64,000 nt of DNA from the human T2T-CHM13v2.0 reference genome, Homo sapiens. Shown one piece after another: positions 49,775 to 64,000 of the stretch (its first letter is position 1; each line of letters begins with the position of its first letter). The position numbers were made by a program, and so were the translations under genes. The notes under the pieces are model-generated. The model worked only from the letters and a program-made list of their open reading frames with translations, did not search any database and was not told the origin of the DNA. The stretch lies in the NCBI RefSeq assembly GCF_009914755.1, contig NC_060948.1; one strand, 5' to 3'.

Positions 49775-52700
49775 GGTGTTTAAAGTTCTTAGAGACCCTG
49801 CAAAGAGACAGACTCCAACACAATAATAGTGGAACACCATGGCTGGGTGCGGTGGCTCATGGCTGTAATCCCAGCACTTTGGGAGGACAAGGCAGGTAGA
49901 TCACAAGGTCAGGAGATGGAGACTATCCTGGCTAACACAGTGAATCCCCATCTTTACTAAAAATACAAAAAAATTAGCCGGATATGGTGGCATGCGCCTG
50001 TAGTCCCAGCCAACTCGGGAGGCTGAGACAGGAGATATGCTTAAACCCAGGAGGTGGAGATTACAGTGAGCCAAGACCACACCACTGTACTCCAGCCTGG
50101 GTTACAGAGTAAGAGTCTGTCTCAAAAGAAAAACAAATAATAGGACACCCTAACTCATCACTGTCAGTATTAGACAGAGCATTGAGATAGAAAATTAACA
50201 AAGATATTCAGAACTTTAACTTGTTCCTCGATCAAGTGGACCTAGTAGATATCTACAGAAATCTTCACTCATAACAACAGAATAATTCACCTCATCACCA
50301 CATGGCGCTTACTCTAAAACTGATGATACAATTCAAAGAAAAACAATCCTCAGTAAATGTGAAAGTACTGAAATCATAATGAAGAGTGACTCAGATGACT
50401 GCACAATTAAATTAGAACTCAGGAGTAAGAAACACACTCAAAACCATAAAACTACATAGAAATTGGCAGAAGATGAGAAATAATCAAGATTAGAGCAGAA
50501 CTGAAGGAGACAGAGATTGAAAAACCCTCCAGAGGATCAGCAAACCCAGGATCTTTTTTTTGACAAAAAGCAATAAAACATAGACTGCTAGCTAGACTAA
50601 TAAAGAAGAAAAGGGAGAAGAATCAGACACAATAAAAAATAATAAAGGGGATATCACCAGTGATCCCACAGAAATACAAACAACTATCAGAGAATATTAT
50701 AAACAATTATATGCAAATAAACTGGAAAATCTAGAAGAAATTGATAAATTCCTGGGCCCACATACCCCCTACCCCCAAGATTGAATCAGGAAGTTAAATC
50801 CCTGAATAAGCTCTGAAATTGGGTCAGTAATAAACAGACAGCAACCAAAAAAATCTCAGGACCAGATGGACTTACAGCTGAATTCTACCAGAGGTACAAA
50901 GAAGAACTGGTACCATTTCTATTAAAACTATTTCAAAAAATTGGAAAACATTAACTCATTCTATAATGCCAACATTATTCTGGTAGGAAAATATGACAGA
51001 GATCCAAAAAAAAAAAAAGAAGAAGTAGGAAAACTTCAGGCCAATATCCCTGATAAACATTAATGCAAAAATCCTTGATGAAATACAGGCAAACCAAACC
51101 CAGCAGCACATCGAAAAACTTATTCAAAACAATCAAGTTGGCTGTATCCTTGGGATGCAAGGTTGTTTCAACATATGCAAGTTAATAAATGTAAATTTAT
51201 TACATAAACAAAAAAAGTCTAAAATTACAAGATTATCTCAATACATGCAGAAAAGTCCTGTGATAAAATTCAACACCCCAGTCATGTTAAAAACTCTAAT
51301 AAACTAGGTAATGAATGAACGTACCTCAAAATAATAAGAGCCATTATGTCAAGTCCATAGCTAATATCATACTGAATGGGCAAAAGCTGAAAACATTCCC
51401 CTTGAAAACTGGCACAAGATAAGGATGCCTTGTCTCACCACTCCCTTTCAACATAGTGTTGGAAGTTCTAGGCAGGGGAATCAGGCAAGAGAAAAAATTA
51501 AATTGTATTCAAATTGCAAGAGAGGAAGTCAAATTTTCTCTGTTTGCAGATGATGTAATTCTATATTTGTAAAACCCCATATTTCAGCCCAAAAGCTTCT
51601 GAGCTGATAAGCAACTTCAGCAAAGTCTCAGGATACAAAATCAACATGCAAAAATTATAAGCATTCCTATCCATCAACAACAGACAAGCTGAGAACCAAA
51701 TCATAAGTGAACTCCCATTCACAATTACTACAAAGAGAATAGAACACCTAGAAATACAGCTAACAAGGGAAGTGAAGGACCTTTTCAAGGAAAACTACAA
51801 ACCAATGTTCAAGGAAATGAGAGAGGACACAAACAAATGAAAAAACATTCATATATAGAAAAAAATCAGTATCATGAGAATGGCCATACTGCCCAAGGTA
51901 ATTTACAAATTTAGTGCCTTTCCATTAAACTGTCATTAACGTTTTTCACAGGATTAGAATAATAGTTTAAAAATTCATATCGAACAAATAAACAGCCCAT
52001 AGAGTCAAGCCAATCTTAAGCGAAAAGAACAAAGATAGAGGCATCACACTACCTGACTTCAAACTACACAACAAGGCTATAGTCACCCAAATAGCATGCT
52101 GCTGACACAATTACAGATGCATAGCCTAATGGAAAAGAATAAAGATCTCTTAAATAAAACTCATATCTATAACCATCTGATCTTTGACAAACTTGACAAA
52201 AACAAGCAAGGGGAAAGAATTTCTTATTTAATAAGTGATGCTGGGAGAACTGGCTAGCCATATGCAAAAATTGAAATCTGGCCTCTTCCTTACACCTTAT
52301 ATAAAAATTAACAAAGATGGATTAAAGACTTAAATGTAAAACCCAAGATTATGAAAACCCTAGAAGAACAACTAGGGAATACCTTTTAGGACATAGGCAC
52401 AGTCAAAGGTTTCATGACAAAAATATCAACAGCAATTGCAATAAAAGCAAAGATTGACAAATGGGATCTAAATAAGCTAAAGAGCTTCTGCAAAGTAAAA
52501 GAAACTATCATCACATCATAACAGTAAACGTCAACCTACAGACTAGGAGGAAATTTTTGCAACCTATTTAATTGCCTGAGGTCTAATGTCCAGAGTCTAC
52601 AAGGAACTTAAACAAATTTACAAGGAGAAAAAAAAATTACAAAGAGGGAAAAAGACACAAACAGACACTTCTCAAAAGAAGATATTTATGTCCCCACCAA

Positions 52701-53435
52701 AGATATGAATAAAAGCTTAACATCACTAATCATTAGAGAAATGCAAATCAAAACGACAATGAGATACCATCTCACACCATTCAGAATGGCAATTATTAAA
52801 AAGTAAAGAAACAACAAATGCTGGTGAGGATGCGGACAGATAGGAACACTTTTACACTGTTGGTGGGAAGGTAAATTACTTTATACATTGTTGAAGACAG
52901 TATGGTAATTCCTCAAAGACCTAGAAGCAGAAATGCCATTTGACCCAGCATTCAGAGAAATATAAGTTATTTTATTATAAAAGTACATGCACATGTACGT
53001 TCATGACAGTGATATTCACAATAGCAAAGACATGGGGTTAACCCAGATGCCCATCAACTATAGGCTGCATAAATAAAATATGGTACACATATACAATGGA
53101 ATACTATGCAGCCGTGAAAAGGAATTAGATTATGTCCTTTACAGGGACATGGATGGAGCTGGAAGCCATTATCCTGAGCAAACTAATACTGGAACAGAAA
53201 ATCAAACACACATGTCCTTACTCATAAGTGGGAGCTGAAAAATGAGGACACATGGACACAGTGGGGGAACAACACACACTGGGGTCTGGGCTGGGGTAGA
53301 GGTAGGGAGAGCATGATGCATGAGGGGTTTAATACTTAGATGATGAGTTGATAGGTGCAGTAAACCAACATGGCACACATTATTCTATGTAAAAAAATGT
53401 ACATCATGCCCATGTACCTCAGAACTTAATTTTTT
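49775..53435 (+). mobile_element. Older 5'-truncated L1PA (roughly PA8-PA13) with internal deletions and Alu insertion
   Basis: Diverged ORF2 from the EN region through the 3'UTR (…catgtacctcagaactta). Confidence 0.9.
49841..50135 (+). mobile_element. AluS/Y-like
   Basis: Dimeric Alu; imperfect TSD aataatag(tg)gaacacc / aataataggacacc. Confidence 0.93.
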
Positions 53436-54219
53436 TTAAAAGATATTTATTATCTATCCCTTTCCTTATTCATCATTGCCCATAGAGAGTCCAAAGGCTT
53501 CCCATGGTAGTGGGTGAGGTGTGAAGGGGCAGGTTATGCCTACTACCTGAGAAATAGAAGAGTTTATTATTATTATTATTTTTATTATTATTATTATTCT
53601 TAGAAAGTTTATTTACAAAAGTTGTATTTACTTACACAATTTCCAGTTCTTATTCACTTATTGCCTTACCTACAGTTATTTTTAAAGTATGGAGTCAAAT
53701 ATACATTATAAAGCAATGTCTCAAAGTTGATTTTTTATTCTTGGTGCAAATAGCTAAAAATTGTTTTGATAGTACTTATTGAGTGAGCATTCATCTTCTG
53801 TTTGATTGATGAGGCCCTTCTCACTTCCTACCTTATTACTATGCATAATTCTGCACTATTGCTTATTTCTAATGATCTATCCCACACGTTATATCATTAC
53901 CACAAAATGCACTAAAATATTAAATGTATGTTTTCATTTCTTAGCAAATACATTTGTTTCATTCTTTTAATAGCTGTTCTCACACATTTGTTTATCCTAA
54001 ATATCTTTAGAAACAATTTTTTTAAGTTCCAGAATAGAGGCGTAAATTTTTCTTGGAATTGAATTTTGCTATAATTTAAATTGGAAATAAGAAAAAATGA
54101 ATAAAGTCTGTGTTTTTTAGATTGTGTTTCTACTCAGGATGAAGTACATTCAAGAAAATTGCACTTGCATAAAATATGGAAGGTGGTTGTTAAGTGGATG
54201 CTCTTCTCTCTGTGATGGT

Positions 54220-55510
54220 GATGGTTTTCAGCTCCATCAGGTCATTTAAGGACTTCTCTACACTGTTTATTCTAGTTAGCCATTCACCTAATCTTTTTCA
54301 AGGTTTTTAGTTTCTTTGCGACGGGTTTGAACATCCTCCTTTTGCTCAGAGAAGTTTGTTATTACTGATTGTCTGAAGCCTTCTCCTCTCAAATTGTCAA
54401 AGTCATTCTCTGTCCAGGTTTGTTCCAATGCTGAGAAGGAGCTGTGTTCCTTTGGAGGAGAAGCGGCACTCTGATTTTTTGTATTTTTAGCTTTTCTGCT
54501 CTGGTTTCTCCCCATTTTTGTGGTTTTATCTACTTTTGGTCTTTGATGATGGTGATGTACAGATGGGGCTTTGGCGTGGATGTCCTTTCTTTTTGTTAGT
54601 TTTCCTTCTAACAGTCAGGACCCTCAGTTGCAGGTCTGTTGGAGTTTGCTAGAGGTCCACTCCAGACGCTGTTTGCCTGGTTATCACCAGTAGAGTCTGC
54701 AGAACAGCAAATATTGCAGAACGGCAGATGGTGCTGCCTGATCCTGCCTCTGGTAGCTTCATCTCAGAGGGGCACCCAGCTGTATGAGGTGTCAGTTGGC
54801 CCCTACCACCAGGTGTCTCCCAGTTAGGCTACTCAGGGTTCAGAGACCCACTTGAGGAGGCATACTGTCCGTTCTCAGATCTCAAACTCTGTGCTGGGAG
54901 AACACTACTCTCTTCAAAGCTGTCAGACAAGGATGTTTAAGTCTGCAGAAGTTTCTGCCTCCTTTTGTTCAGCTGTGCCCTGCCCCCAGAGGTGGTGTCT
55001 ACAGAGGCAGGCAGGTCTCCTTGAGCTGCAGTGGGCTACATCCAGTTCCAGCTTCTAGGCTGCTTTGTTTACCTTTTCAAGCCTCAGCAATGGTGGATGC
55101 CCCCCCGATCTTTGCTGCCACCTTGCAGTTCCATCTCAGACTGCTGTGCTAGCAGTGAGCAAGGCTCTATGGGTATGGGACCCTCTGAGCCATGCGCAGG
55201 ATATAATCTCCTGGTGTGCTATTTGCTAAGTCCACTGGAAAAGCACAGTATTAGGGTGTGAGTGTCCTGAATTTCCAGGTACTGTCTGTCATGGTTTCCC
55301 TTTGCAAAGAAAGGGAATTCCCCAACCCCTTGTGCTTCCCGGATCAGGTAATGCTGTGCCCTTCTCTGTGGGCTGCACCAACTGTCTGACAAGCCCCAGT
55401 GAGATGAACCCAGTACCTCAATTGGAAATGCAGAAATCACCTGTCTTTTGTATTGTTCACGCTCAGAGCCGCAGACTGGAGCTCTTCCTATTCAGCCATC
55501 TTGGAACCAC
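54220..55510 (-). mobile_element. L1PA5/6-like 5'UTR plus start of ORF1, 3'-deleted
   Basis: 5' end cagccatcttggaacc at ~55508; ORF1 N-terminus MGRNQSRKAKNTKNQSAASPPKEHSS; abrupt stop at ~54220. Confidence 0.9.
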
Positions 55511-56395
55511 CAAGGACAGTTGCTCCTTTCTCCATTACTCTGTCCCAGGTTGATGGGGGTTTTATATCTATAAGTCCCTGACTGGGGCTGCTGCCTTTTT
55601 TTCTGTGATGCCCTGCCCAGAGAGGAGAAATCTGGCAGTCCAGCCACAGCAGCCTTGTTGAGCTGCAGTGGACTTAGCCCAGTTTGAACTTCCTGGCAGC
55701 TTTGTTTACACTGTGAACATAACACCACCAACTCAAGCCTCAGCAATAGTGGACGCCCTTCCCCCATCCAAGCTCAGGCATCCCAGTTTGATCTCAGACT
55801 GCTGTTGTGCTGGCAGTGAGAATTTCAAGCCAGTGGATGTTAGTTTCCCGGGCCCCATGGGGGTGGCACCTGCCAAGCCAGGCCACTTGGCTCCCTAGCT
55901 TCAGCACCTGTTTCCAGAGAAGTGAACAGTTCTGTCTCACTGACATTCTAGGCACCTCGGGGTATGGATTAAAAAAAAACAAAACAAAAAAAACCTCCTA
56001 CCGCTAGTTCGATGTCTGCCCAAATGGCTGCCCAGTTTTGTGCTTGAAACCCAGGGCCCTGGTGGGGTAGGCACCACAGGGAATATCCTGGTTTGTGGGT
56101 TGCAAAGACTGTGGGACAAGGGCAGTATCTGGGCTGGAGTTCTTGGTTCCTCAGGCTCGGTCCCTCATGGCTTCCCTTGGGTAGGGGAGAAAATTCCCTG
56201 ACCCCTTGCACTTCCTGAGTGAGGTGACATCCTACCCTGCTTTGGCTCCTCCTCCATGGGCTGCATCCACTCTCCAACAAGTCAAAGTGACACGAACCGG
56301 GTACCTAATTTAGAAATGCAGAAATCACCCACCTTCTGTATCAATCTGGCTGGGAACTGCAGAGCAGAGCAATTCCTATTTGGCCATCTTGATCA
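55511..56395 (-). mobile_element. L1PA7/8-like 5'UTR fragment
   Basis: Second L1 5' end (tggccatcttg at ~56390) with the ccacttggctccc..cagttttgtgcttgaaacccaggg block typical of older 5'UTRs. Confidence 0.85.
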
Positions 56396-56939
56396 GTAGA
56401 CCAGTATATTATTTTTAAATAACCATAGTGGATAAAAGTTTCTAATCAAAAGTGTCCAAAAATGTAAGAGAGAAAAAAAGTAAAAGTGTTGAAATGTTAG
56501 CATATCAGAAGGACTATTAGCTAATACTTTTTCAATTGTTTTGGTAATTCATAAGGATTAGCATAAAAGTTTATTCAATTCAACTGTGTACCTATAATTG
56601 AGTAGTTTGTGTATGTTCATAGTATCAATGAAATAGAAAAGGACAGAGTGCAGAATAAAGAGATAATTTCAAAAGAGTGAGGTCTCAGTATAGTGAGAGC
56701 ACAAATAGTGTGTATACTAGAAGGGTGAGACTGTGGATATGTTTATGTTTTTTTAATCCCTTGGTGTAGAAAATAATGCAAAGGCTGGTGTATCAAGAAT
56801 TTATATGTGATAGCTAAGGTTTATCCAGAGTAAGAGGATAAAATAAAACAAGAAAAAAGATGTGTGGTAAATTTGACTGCTAAAGAATGAATATTGATGA
56901 GGTAAGATTCTTTAGCTTTTTTTCCAGATACATATTTTT

Positions 56940-57570
56940 AAACTTCTTCTGTCATTAGGAAGAAAAATTTTTCCACTCATGTTATCGGACTCTCAGTCAA
57001 CACCTTTCTCCTTTTCCTCTAAATCTTCATACTCCTCAAATGCAGGCCTAAGCTCCATGTTGTGATCACCTTTCACTTGGCATTCACCCATGTAATGATG
57101 CTCCTCACTGCAGCATTTTTCTTCAGGCCTCTTTGAGTCCAATGTGATCATCTCAACAGCAGAAAACACATTCTCCAGTGAGCTTCATTATCAGAGGAAT
57201 GTTTTTTATTGTGAAAGAAATTCTTCCAGAATGTATTCTGTGTAGGAATCTTGTTACTTTCAAGTGCATACATGGTGATTCTCTTTTCCAGGCATACAGG
57301 CAATTTCAGAACATTCAGAACCAAACTCTCCACCAAAATGTCCCCAGAGAACAGAGCCAACCAGACCATTCTGTGCTGGTCAGTTTCTGTTTGATCACGT
57401 ACTGAGTGAATATCATTAGTTTGTCTTTTCTAACCATGTTGTGAGCCTACAACCCAGTCACCCTGGAAATTTGAAAGCTGATTCTCAATCTCTATGTACT
57501 GTCTGTCCTTTGTACAAATCAGTTCTGATAAAATAATGACAAATATTCTGTAAAATGTACATAGTGCCAC
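56940..57570 (+). pseudogene. Vomeronasal type-1 receptor (VN1R) pseudogene with internal deletion
   Basis: IGLSVNTFLLFL*IFILLKCRPKLHVVITFHLAFTHVMMLLTAAF (TM1-TM2) and SAYMVILFSRH..KLSTKMSPENRANQTIL..LVSFCLITY*VNII (TM5-TM6) match V1R motifs (GISANTFLL..RPKPTD..HLA; YMV.LL.RH..SPE.RATQTILLLVSFF). Only ~630 bp; upstream tttttttccag acceptor-like site. Confidence 0.88.
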
Positions 57571-57835
57571 TCATTTTTCATAAAGCTTTACTGGACAAAA
57601 TTCTTCTGAAAAGAAACTGATTACTCTGCTGTGAGTTAAACTATTCATGTAGCATATAGTTTTTTAACTGACTTAGGTAAAACACGTAAAGAAAAATTTC
57701 ATTATATCTAAATACTTTCAGTGCTGCTAGAGACTATTTAGTTTCTTTAGTTCAATGTCCACTCAGATTTACTGTTACTAATTCAAATCTTTTACTATTT
57801 TGTTTTTATTTTTAATTTTATAAAAAAGAACTTTT

Positions 57836-58130
57836 TTTCTCATTTTTTATTAAAGCTAGGATTTTGCTCTGTAGCATAGGCTGGAGGACAGTGGCACAAT
57901 CACAGCTTACTGCATCCTTGACATCCCAGGCAAACACGACACTCCCACCTCACCTTTCTGAGCAACTGGGACTACAAGCATGTGCTACCAAGTCCAGCTA
58001 ATTTTTACATTTTTTGTAGAGATGGAGTTTTGCCATGTTGCCCACTCTTCCCTGGAAATCTTGGCCTCAAGCAATCCCGCCCCTCAGTCTCCTAAAGTGC
58101 TTGGATTGCAGGCATAAGCCAGTGTGCCGA
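57836..58130 (-). mobile_element. AluJ-like
   Basis: Diverged antisense Alu (cagtggcacaatcacagcttactgca, ggcctcaagcaatccc). Confidence 0.9.
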
Positions 58131-59395
58131 GAATTCTACATTTTAAGTACTTTTTAAACTTATTTTTCTTTTTCAAACATAATGCTTTTCTGAATTCAAA
58201 AATTTATATATTTTTTTCTGAAACTAGAAAAAAAATTTTACTGAATAGTTAATTTAAAAATATTGATTATTTTTATTTTAGAAGGATAAATCCCTATGAA
58301 TGTTGACTTTAATGATTTTAATATATCCTAGAGAAACAACTAGATTACATTTATTTTATTTCATTCTACTCTTCATATGTGTATAATTTTATTTGTATTT
58401 TTTATTAACTTTTCTTCTTTTAGTGTACTTAACTATATTGTGTTCAATATTCTGGTTCATTAATATTCTCATTGACTCAAGAGTAATCTAACATTTACCT
58501 ATATGTTATATATTAAGTAGATTAGTCACACTTTCAGTTGTTTATATTTGACTGTTTTCTAAATATGGCTTACTGGGCTATGGTTTCTTGATCTTTTCAC
58601 ATTGTTATTATTTTTCTGTTGCATTGGCTTGAACACATTGAATATGAGTCTTATAACTGGTGTAATATAAGTTGTAATTTGGTTCTCACTTATGGGTGAT
58701 ATCACAATTGTAATGTGATTCATTTACGCCTGATGCTTTTTGGTTTTCTCCATTTGCCTTATGGATGGTTGGACAACCCACATGGATTTGACATCTGTGT
58801 AATCATATCTAAGAGGATAACTTGTTTTGTAGTTTGACCACTTTCTTGATTTTTTTTTTTTGTTTACTTAGGTACCTAGAATGTTCTCATGTTTTTCTTT
58901 TAACTCTGTTGAGCATTTTAAAGATAGTTACAACTTTCTGAGAAGTTGAGCTTTTCAAATTTAAAAATTTTAGAATCTGTAGTACTTTTCCAAAAGGTCA
59001 AAATATGGAGAGTGCACACATGAGGAAAATATTTCACATTTTTAATAACATGTAACAGCGTGTCATGAGAAATTTCAAATATTTTATTTAGAACTCTTCT
59101 AAATATTCTGCAAAGTAATAATAATTTGTGGCATGGTTTTTTTATACTAGAAAATTGATTTTATATTTTTCACAAATTTCTGAAATAAAAATACTCCTCT
59201 GCAGAGAATAGCACCTACATATGACCAGAATTACTATTTTTCTCTGCCATTACACTAAAATTAGCAGAATTATTTACCTGAATTCAAGTTTTTGGCTTCC
59301 GATACTATGCTTCTTCTTTAACACTTTTCTGAGTTTATAAAAATCTCAATTTGAATTCTCTGTTTATTCATAACTTAATTTCAAAAATCATTATG

Positions 59396-59797
<402 letters not shown>

Positions 59798-60454
59798 TTA
59801 CTTATTGGTTACACATTAAAAATTACTGTTGTTATTTACAATTCTCAGAAAATATATTCTGCTTAGTTTCAGCTATTAAATTCAATGGCATATTGCAAAC
59901 TTAAAATATTTCCATTCAAATTACTTGTGTCTGGTATTTGAATATAATGGAGATCATTTGTGTATTGGTCAAAAACTATGCTCATTTGTTTCTATGCCTA
60001 ATTAGTTTATAATAATTCATGTTTATTTAGTTGAATAACAAAACAGTTAATTTCTATAAGTGCACAAAATCTTAATTAGACAAGAAGAATAAGATTTAGT
60101 TATCAGTTGCACAAAGTAATGAATATAATACATAATACGTATTGTGCTTTTCAAAATTGCTATGAAGAGTGGATTGTAAATGTTTTCAATACAAAAATTG
60201 TGAGGATAAGTGATAATGAATTTCTTAGTTTCATTTAATCATTTACAACATAAACTATCAAAATATGACACTCCATTAAAAATTTATACAATTGTTTTCA
60301 GTTAAAAAGATAATTTTTAAAAAGATATCAACTTTTTCATCTTTGATTTACCCTATTTAAACTTAGATATTAAGAATAGTGTTTAACATATTATATATGT
60401 TAAATAATAACTATTCTGATTGTCAAATTATATTTTATTCATAGCACTCTACAC

Positions 60455-61360
<906 letters not shown>

Positions 61361-62960
61361 TATATAGAACAAACAAAGCCTACAGGAAATATGTAACTAT
61401 GTGGAATGACCAGATCTACAGTTGACAGGTTGTACCTGAAAGTGATGGGGAGAATGGAGCCAAGTTGGAAAACACTCTTCAGGATATTATCCAGGAGAAC
61501 TTCCCCAACCCAGCAAGGCAGGCCAACATTCAAATTCAGGAAATACAGAGAACACCACAAAGATACTCCTTGAGAAGAGCAACTCCAAGACAAATAATCG
61601 TCAGATTCACCAAGGTTGAAATGCAGGAAAAAGTGTTAAAGGCAGCCACAAAGAAATGTTGGGCTACCCACAAAGAGAAGCTCAACAAACTAATAGCAGA
61701 TGTTTCTGTAGAAACACTTCAAGCCAGAAGACAGTAGGCGCCAATATTCAACATTCTTAAAGAAAATAATTTTCAAGCCAAAATTTCATATGTAGCCAAA
61801 CTAAACTTCAAAAGTGAAGGAGAAATAAAATCCTTTACAGGCAAGCAAATGCAGAGAGATTTTGTCACCACCAGGCCTCTCTTACAAGAGCTCCTCAAGG
61901 AAGCACTAAACATGGAAAGGAACAACTGGTACCAGCCACTGCAAAAACATACCAAATTGTAAAGAACATCAACATTATGAAGAAACTGCATCAACTAACG
62001 GGCAAAACAACCAGCTAACATAATAATGACAGGAATAAATTCACATTTAACAATATTAATCTTAAATGTAAATGAGCTAAATGCCCCAATTAAAAGACAC
62101 AGAATGGCAAATTGGATAGAGTCAAGACCCATCAGTGTGCTGTATTCAGGAGACCCATGTCTCGTGCAAAGATACACACGGCCTCAAAATAAAAGGATGG
62201 AAGAATATTTACCAAGCAAATGGAAACCAAAAAAACAAGAGCTGCAATCCTGATCACTGATAAATCAGACTTTAAACCAACAAAGATCAAAAGAGACATA
62301 GAAGGCTATTACATAACGGTAAAGGGATCAATCCAGTAAGGGAGCTAACTATCCTAAATATATGTGCACACAATACAGGAGCACCCAGATTCATAAAGCA
62401 AGTTCTTAGAGAGCTACAGAGACTTGGCCTTCACACAATAATAGTGGGAGATTTTAACATCCTATTGTCAATATTAGACAGATAAATGAGGCAGAAAATT
62501 AGCAAGGATATTCAGGACATGAACTCAGCTCTGGACCAAGCAGACCTAATAGATTTCTACACAACTCTCCACCCCAAATCAATAGAATATACATTCTCCT
62601 CAGGAGTTCCTCGGACTTATTCTAAAATTGACCACATAATTGGAAGTAAAACACTCCTCAGCCAATACAAAAGAATGGAAATCATAACACTCTCTCAGAC
62701 CACAGTGCAATCAAATTGGAACTCACAATTAAGAAACTCACTCAAAACCGCACAACTACGTGGAAACTGAACAGGCTGCTTCTGAATGACTACTGGGAAT
62801 ACAATGAAATGAAGGCAGAAATATTTTCCTTGAAACCAATAAGAACAAAGGCACAATGTGTCATAATCTCTGGGACACATATAAGGCACTTTTTAGAGGA
62901 AAATTTATAGTACTAAATGCCCATAAGAGAAAGGAGGAAAGATCTAAAATTGACACCCTT
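61361..62960 (+). mobile_element. L1PA internal fragment: ORF1 C-half plus ORF2 endonuclease
   Basis: ENTLQDIIQENFPNPARQANIQIQE, MTGINSHLTILILNVN; equivalent to ~44940-46543 of the in-window L1; ends abruptly. Confidence 0.93.
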
Positions 62961-64000
62961 CTAATGTTGTTGGGTAAAATAGAGACATGAGTGTCCTATC
63001 AAATTAATTTAATTCAGTGCTTAGATAAATGCAGTTTAATGGCACAAGAAAACAGAAAAACAACATAAATTCAAATTTTTCTGAGATGTAAATGTGTCCA
63101 ATTAAAATTATAATTTGAAGGTCATGAAAACAATGCAGAAATGTTGACAATTAGTCTTACTTTGTCCTATTCATAAATGACTGAGATAGAACATTGCACT
63201 GAAACCACTTAATATGTACTTATAAAAGATATAATGTGCAGTTGAAATGTTGTTAATGTAAAACTCCAAAACTTGAGCCAGTAAATAAACATTTGTTTTA
63301 ACTCCCAGAACCAAACAATGGATAGATTTATCAACATGCATTTTCACCCTCAGTTCACTGTGGTTCTGTTGTCATGATGGAACCAGAAAAAAAGTATCAG
63401 GACTTAAAAGTGTAATGGCTTTCATATTTTGAAGACTATGGTTTTCCTGTATAATACTTGAACTTGGCCTAATAAGATGTGTGCAATTGCTTAAAAACTA
63501 CAGTTCATTTACTTTTATTAAAAGTACATACAGTATAAGCAATCCAATAAAAAGTAAAACAATTAGATAAATAATAGATTAGAGTTTTAATAATTTATTT
63601 TTTCCCCATGGTGTATTCTGTTTATACCATGTATTTCATGCTCCTCTCACTGTAAATGACTATCATGCACCGAAAAATACTGATTTGCTGAATTATCAGA
63701 TGGAGTATTTTTCCAACAAGGCTCTTGAGGTCACTGGTCCTGATGCTGGACAAGAAAAGACTATCATAGCATTGATGGCTAAAGTATAATTATTTTTATA
63801 TTTCTTTTGGAAATTTAGCTACACTCACAGAAGCTAACAACTAATAGTTTTCAATAGCATATATGTGCATCCCAAAGATATTCATTGTGTTTTTAAATTT
63901 TAAAATTAGTTTCCTGTTTGTATTTTTACTTGAGGCATCTGCATACTTTGCTATGAAAAAAATTGATATTTGCAATAATATGCTGCCAACCTGAGAGGAG

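Overview
Primate (very likely human) AT-rich, repeat-dense genomic DNA with no intact protein-coding gene. Nearly every ORF in the supplied track is an L1, ERV or Alu fragment or an antisense artefact. Reading the sequence directly shows three decayed host-derived sequences. (1) An RCC2 retro-pseudogene on the minus strand is split by a full-length L1PA with a 16-bp TSD. (2) An unprocessed ZNF91-family KRAB zinc-finger pseudogene on the minus strand retains its KRAB-A exon, KRAB-B exon and a truncated C2H2 exon; its introns carry an LTR12/HERV9 provirus, a full THE1 element and many Alus. (3) A vomeronasal V1R pseudogene on the plus strand has an internal deletion. A second full-length L1PA and several rearranged L1 pieces are also present. 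The combination suggests a duplicated KRAB-ZNF/V1R block, possibly on chrY (inference from recollection, not verified). I found no convincing novel biological system. The most unusual signals are a tandem double tRNA-Arg primer-binding site in the HERV9 leader, non-overlapping scrambled L1 pieces at 54-63 kb, a diverged non-repeat paralogy about 30 kb apart, and a 42-bp templated insertion. Subfamily calls and protein comparisons are from memory and by eye, not from database searches.
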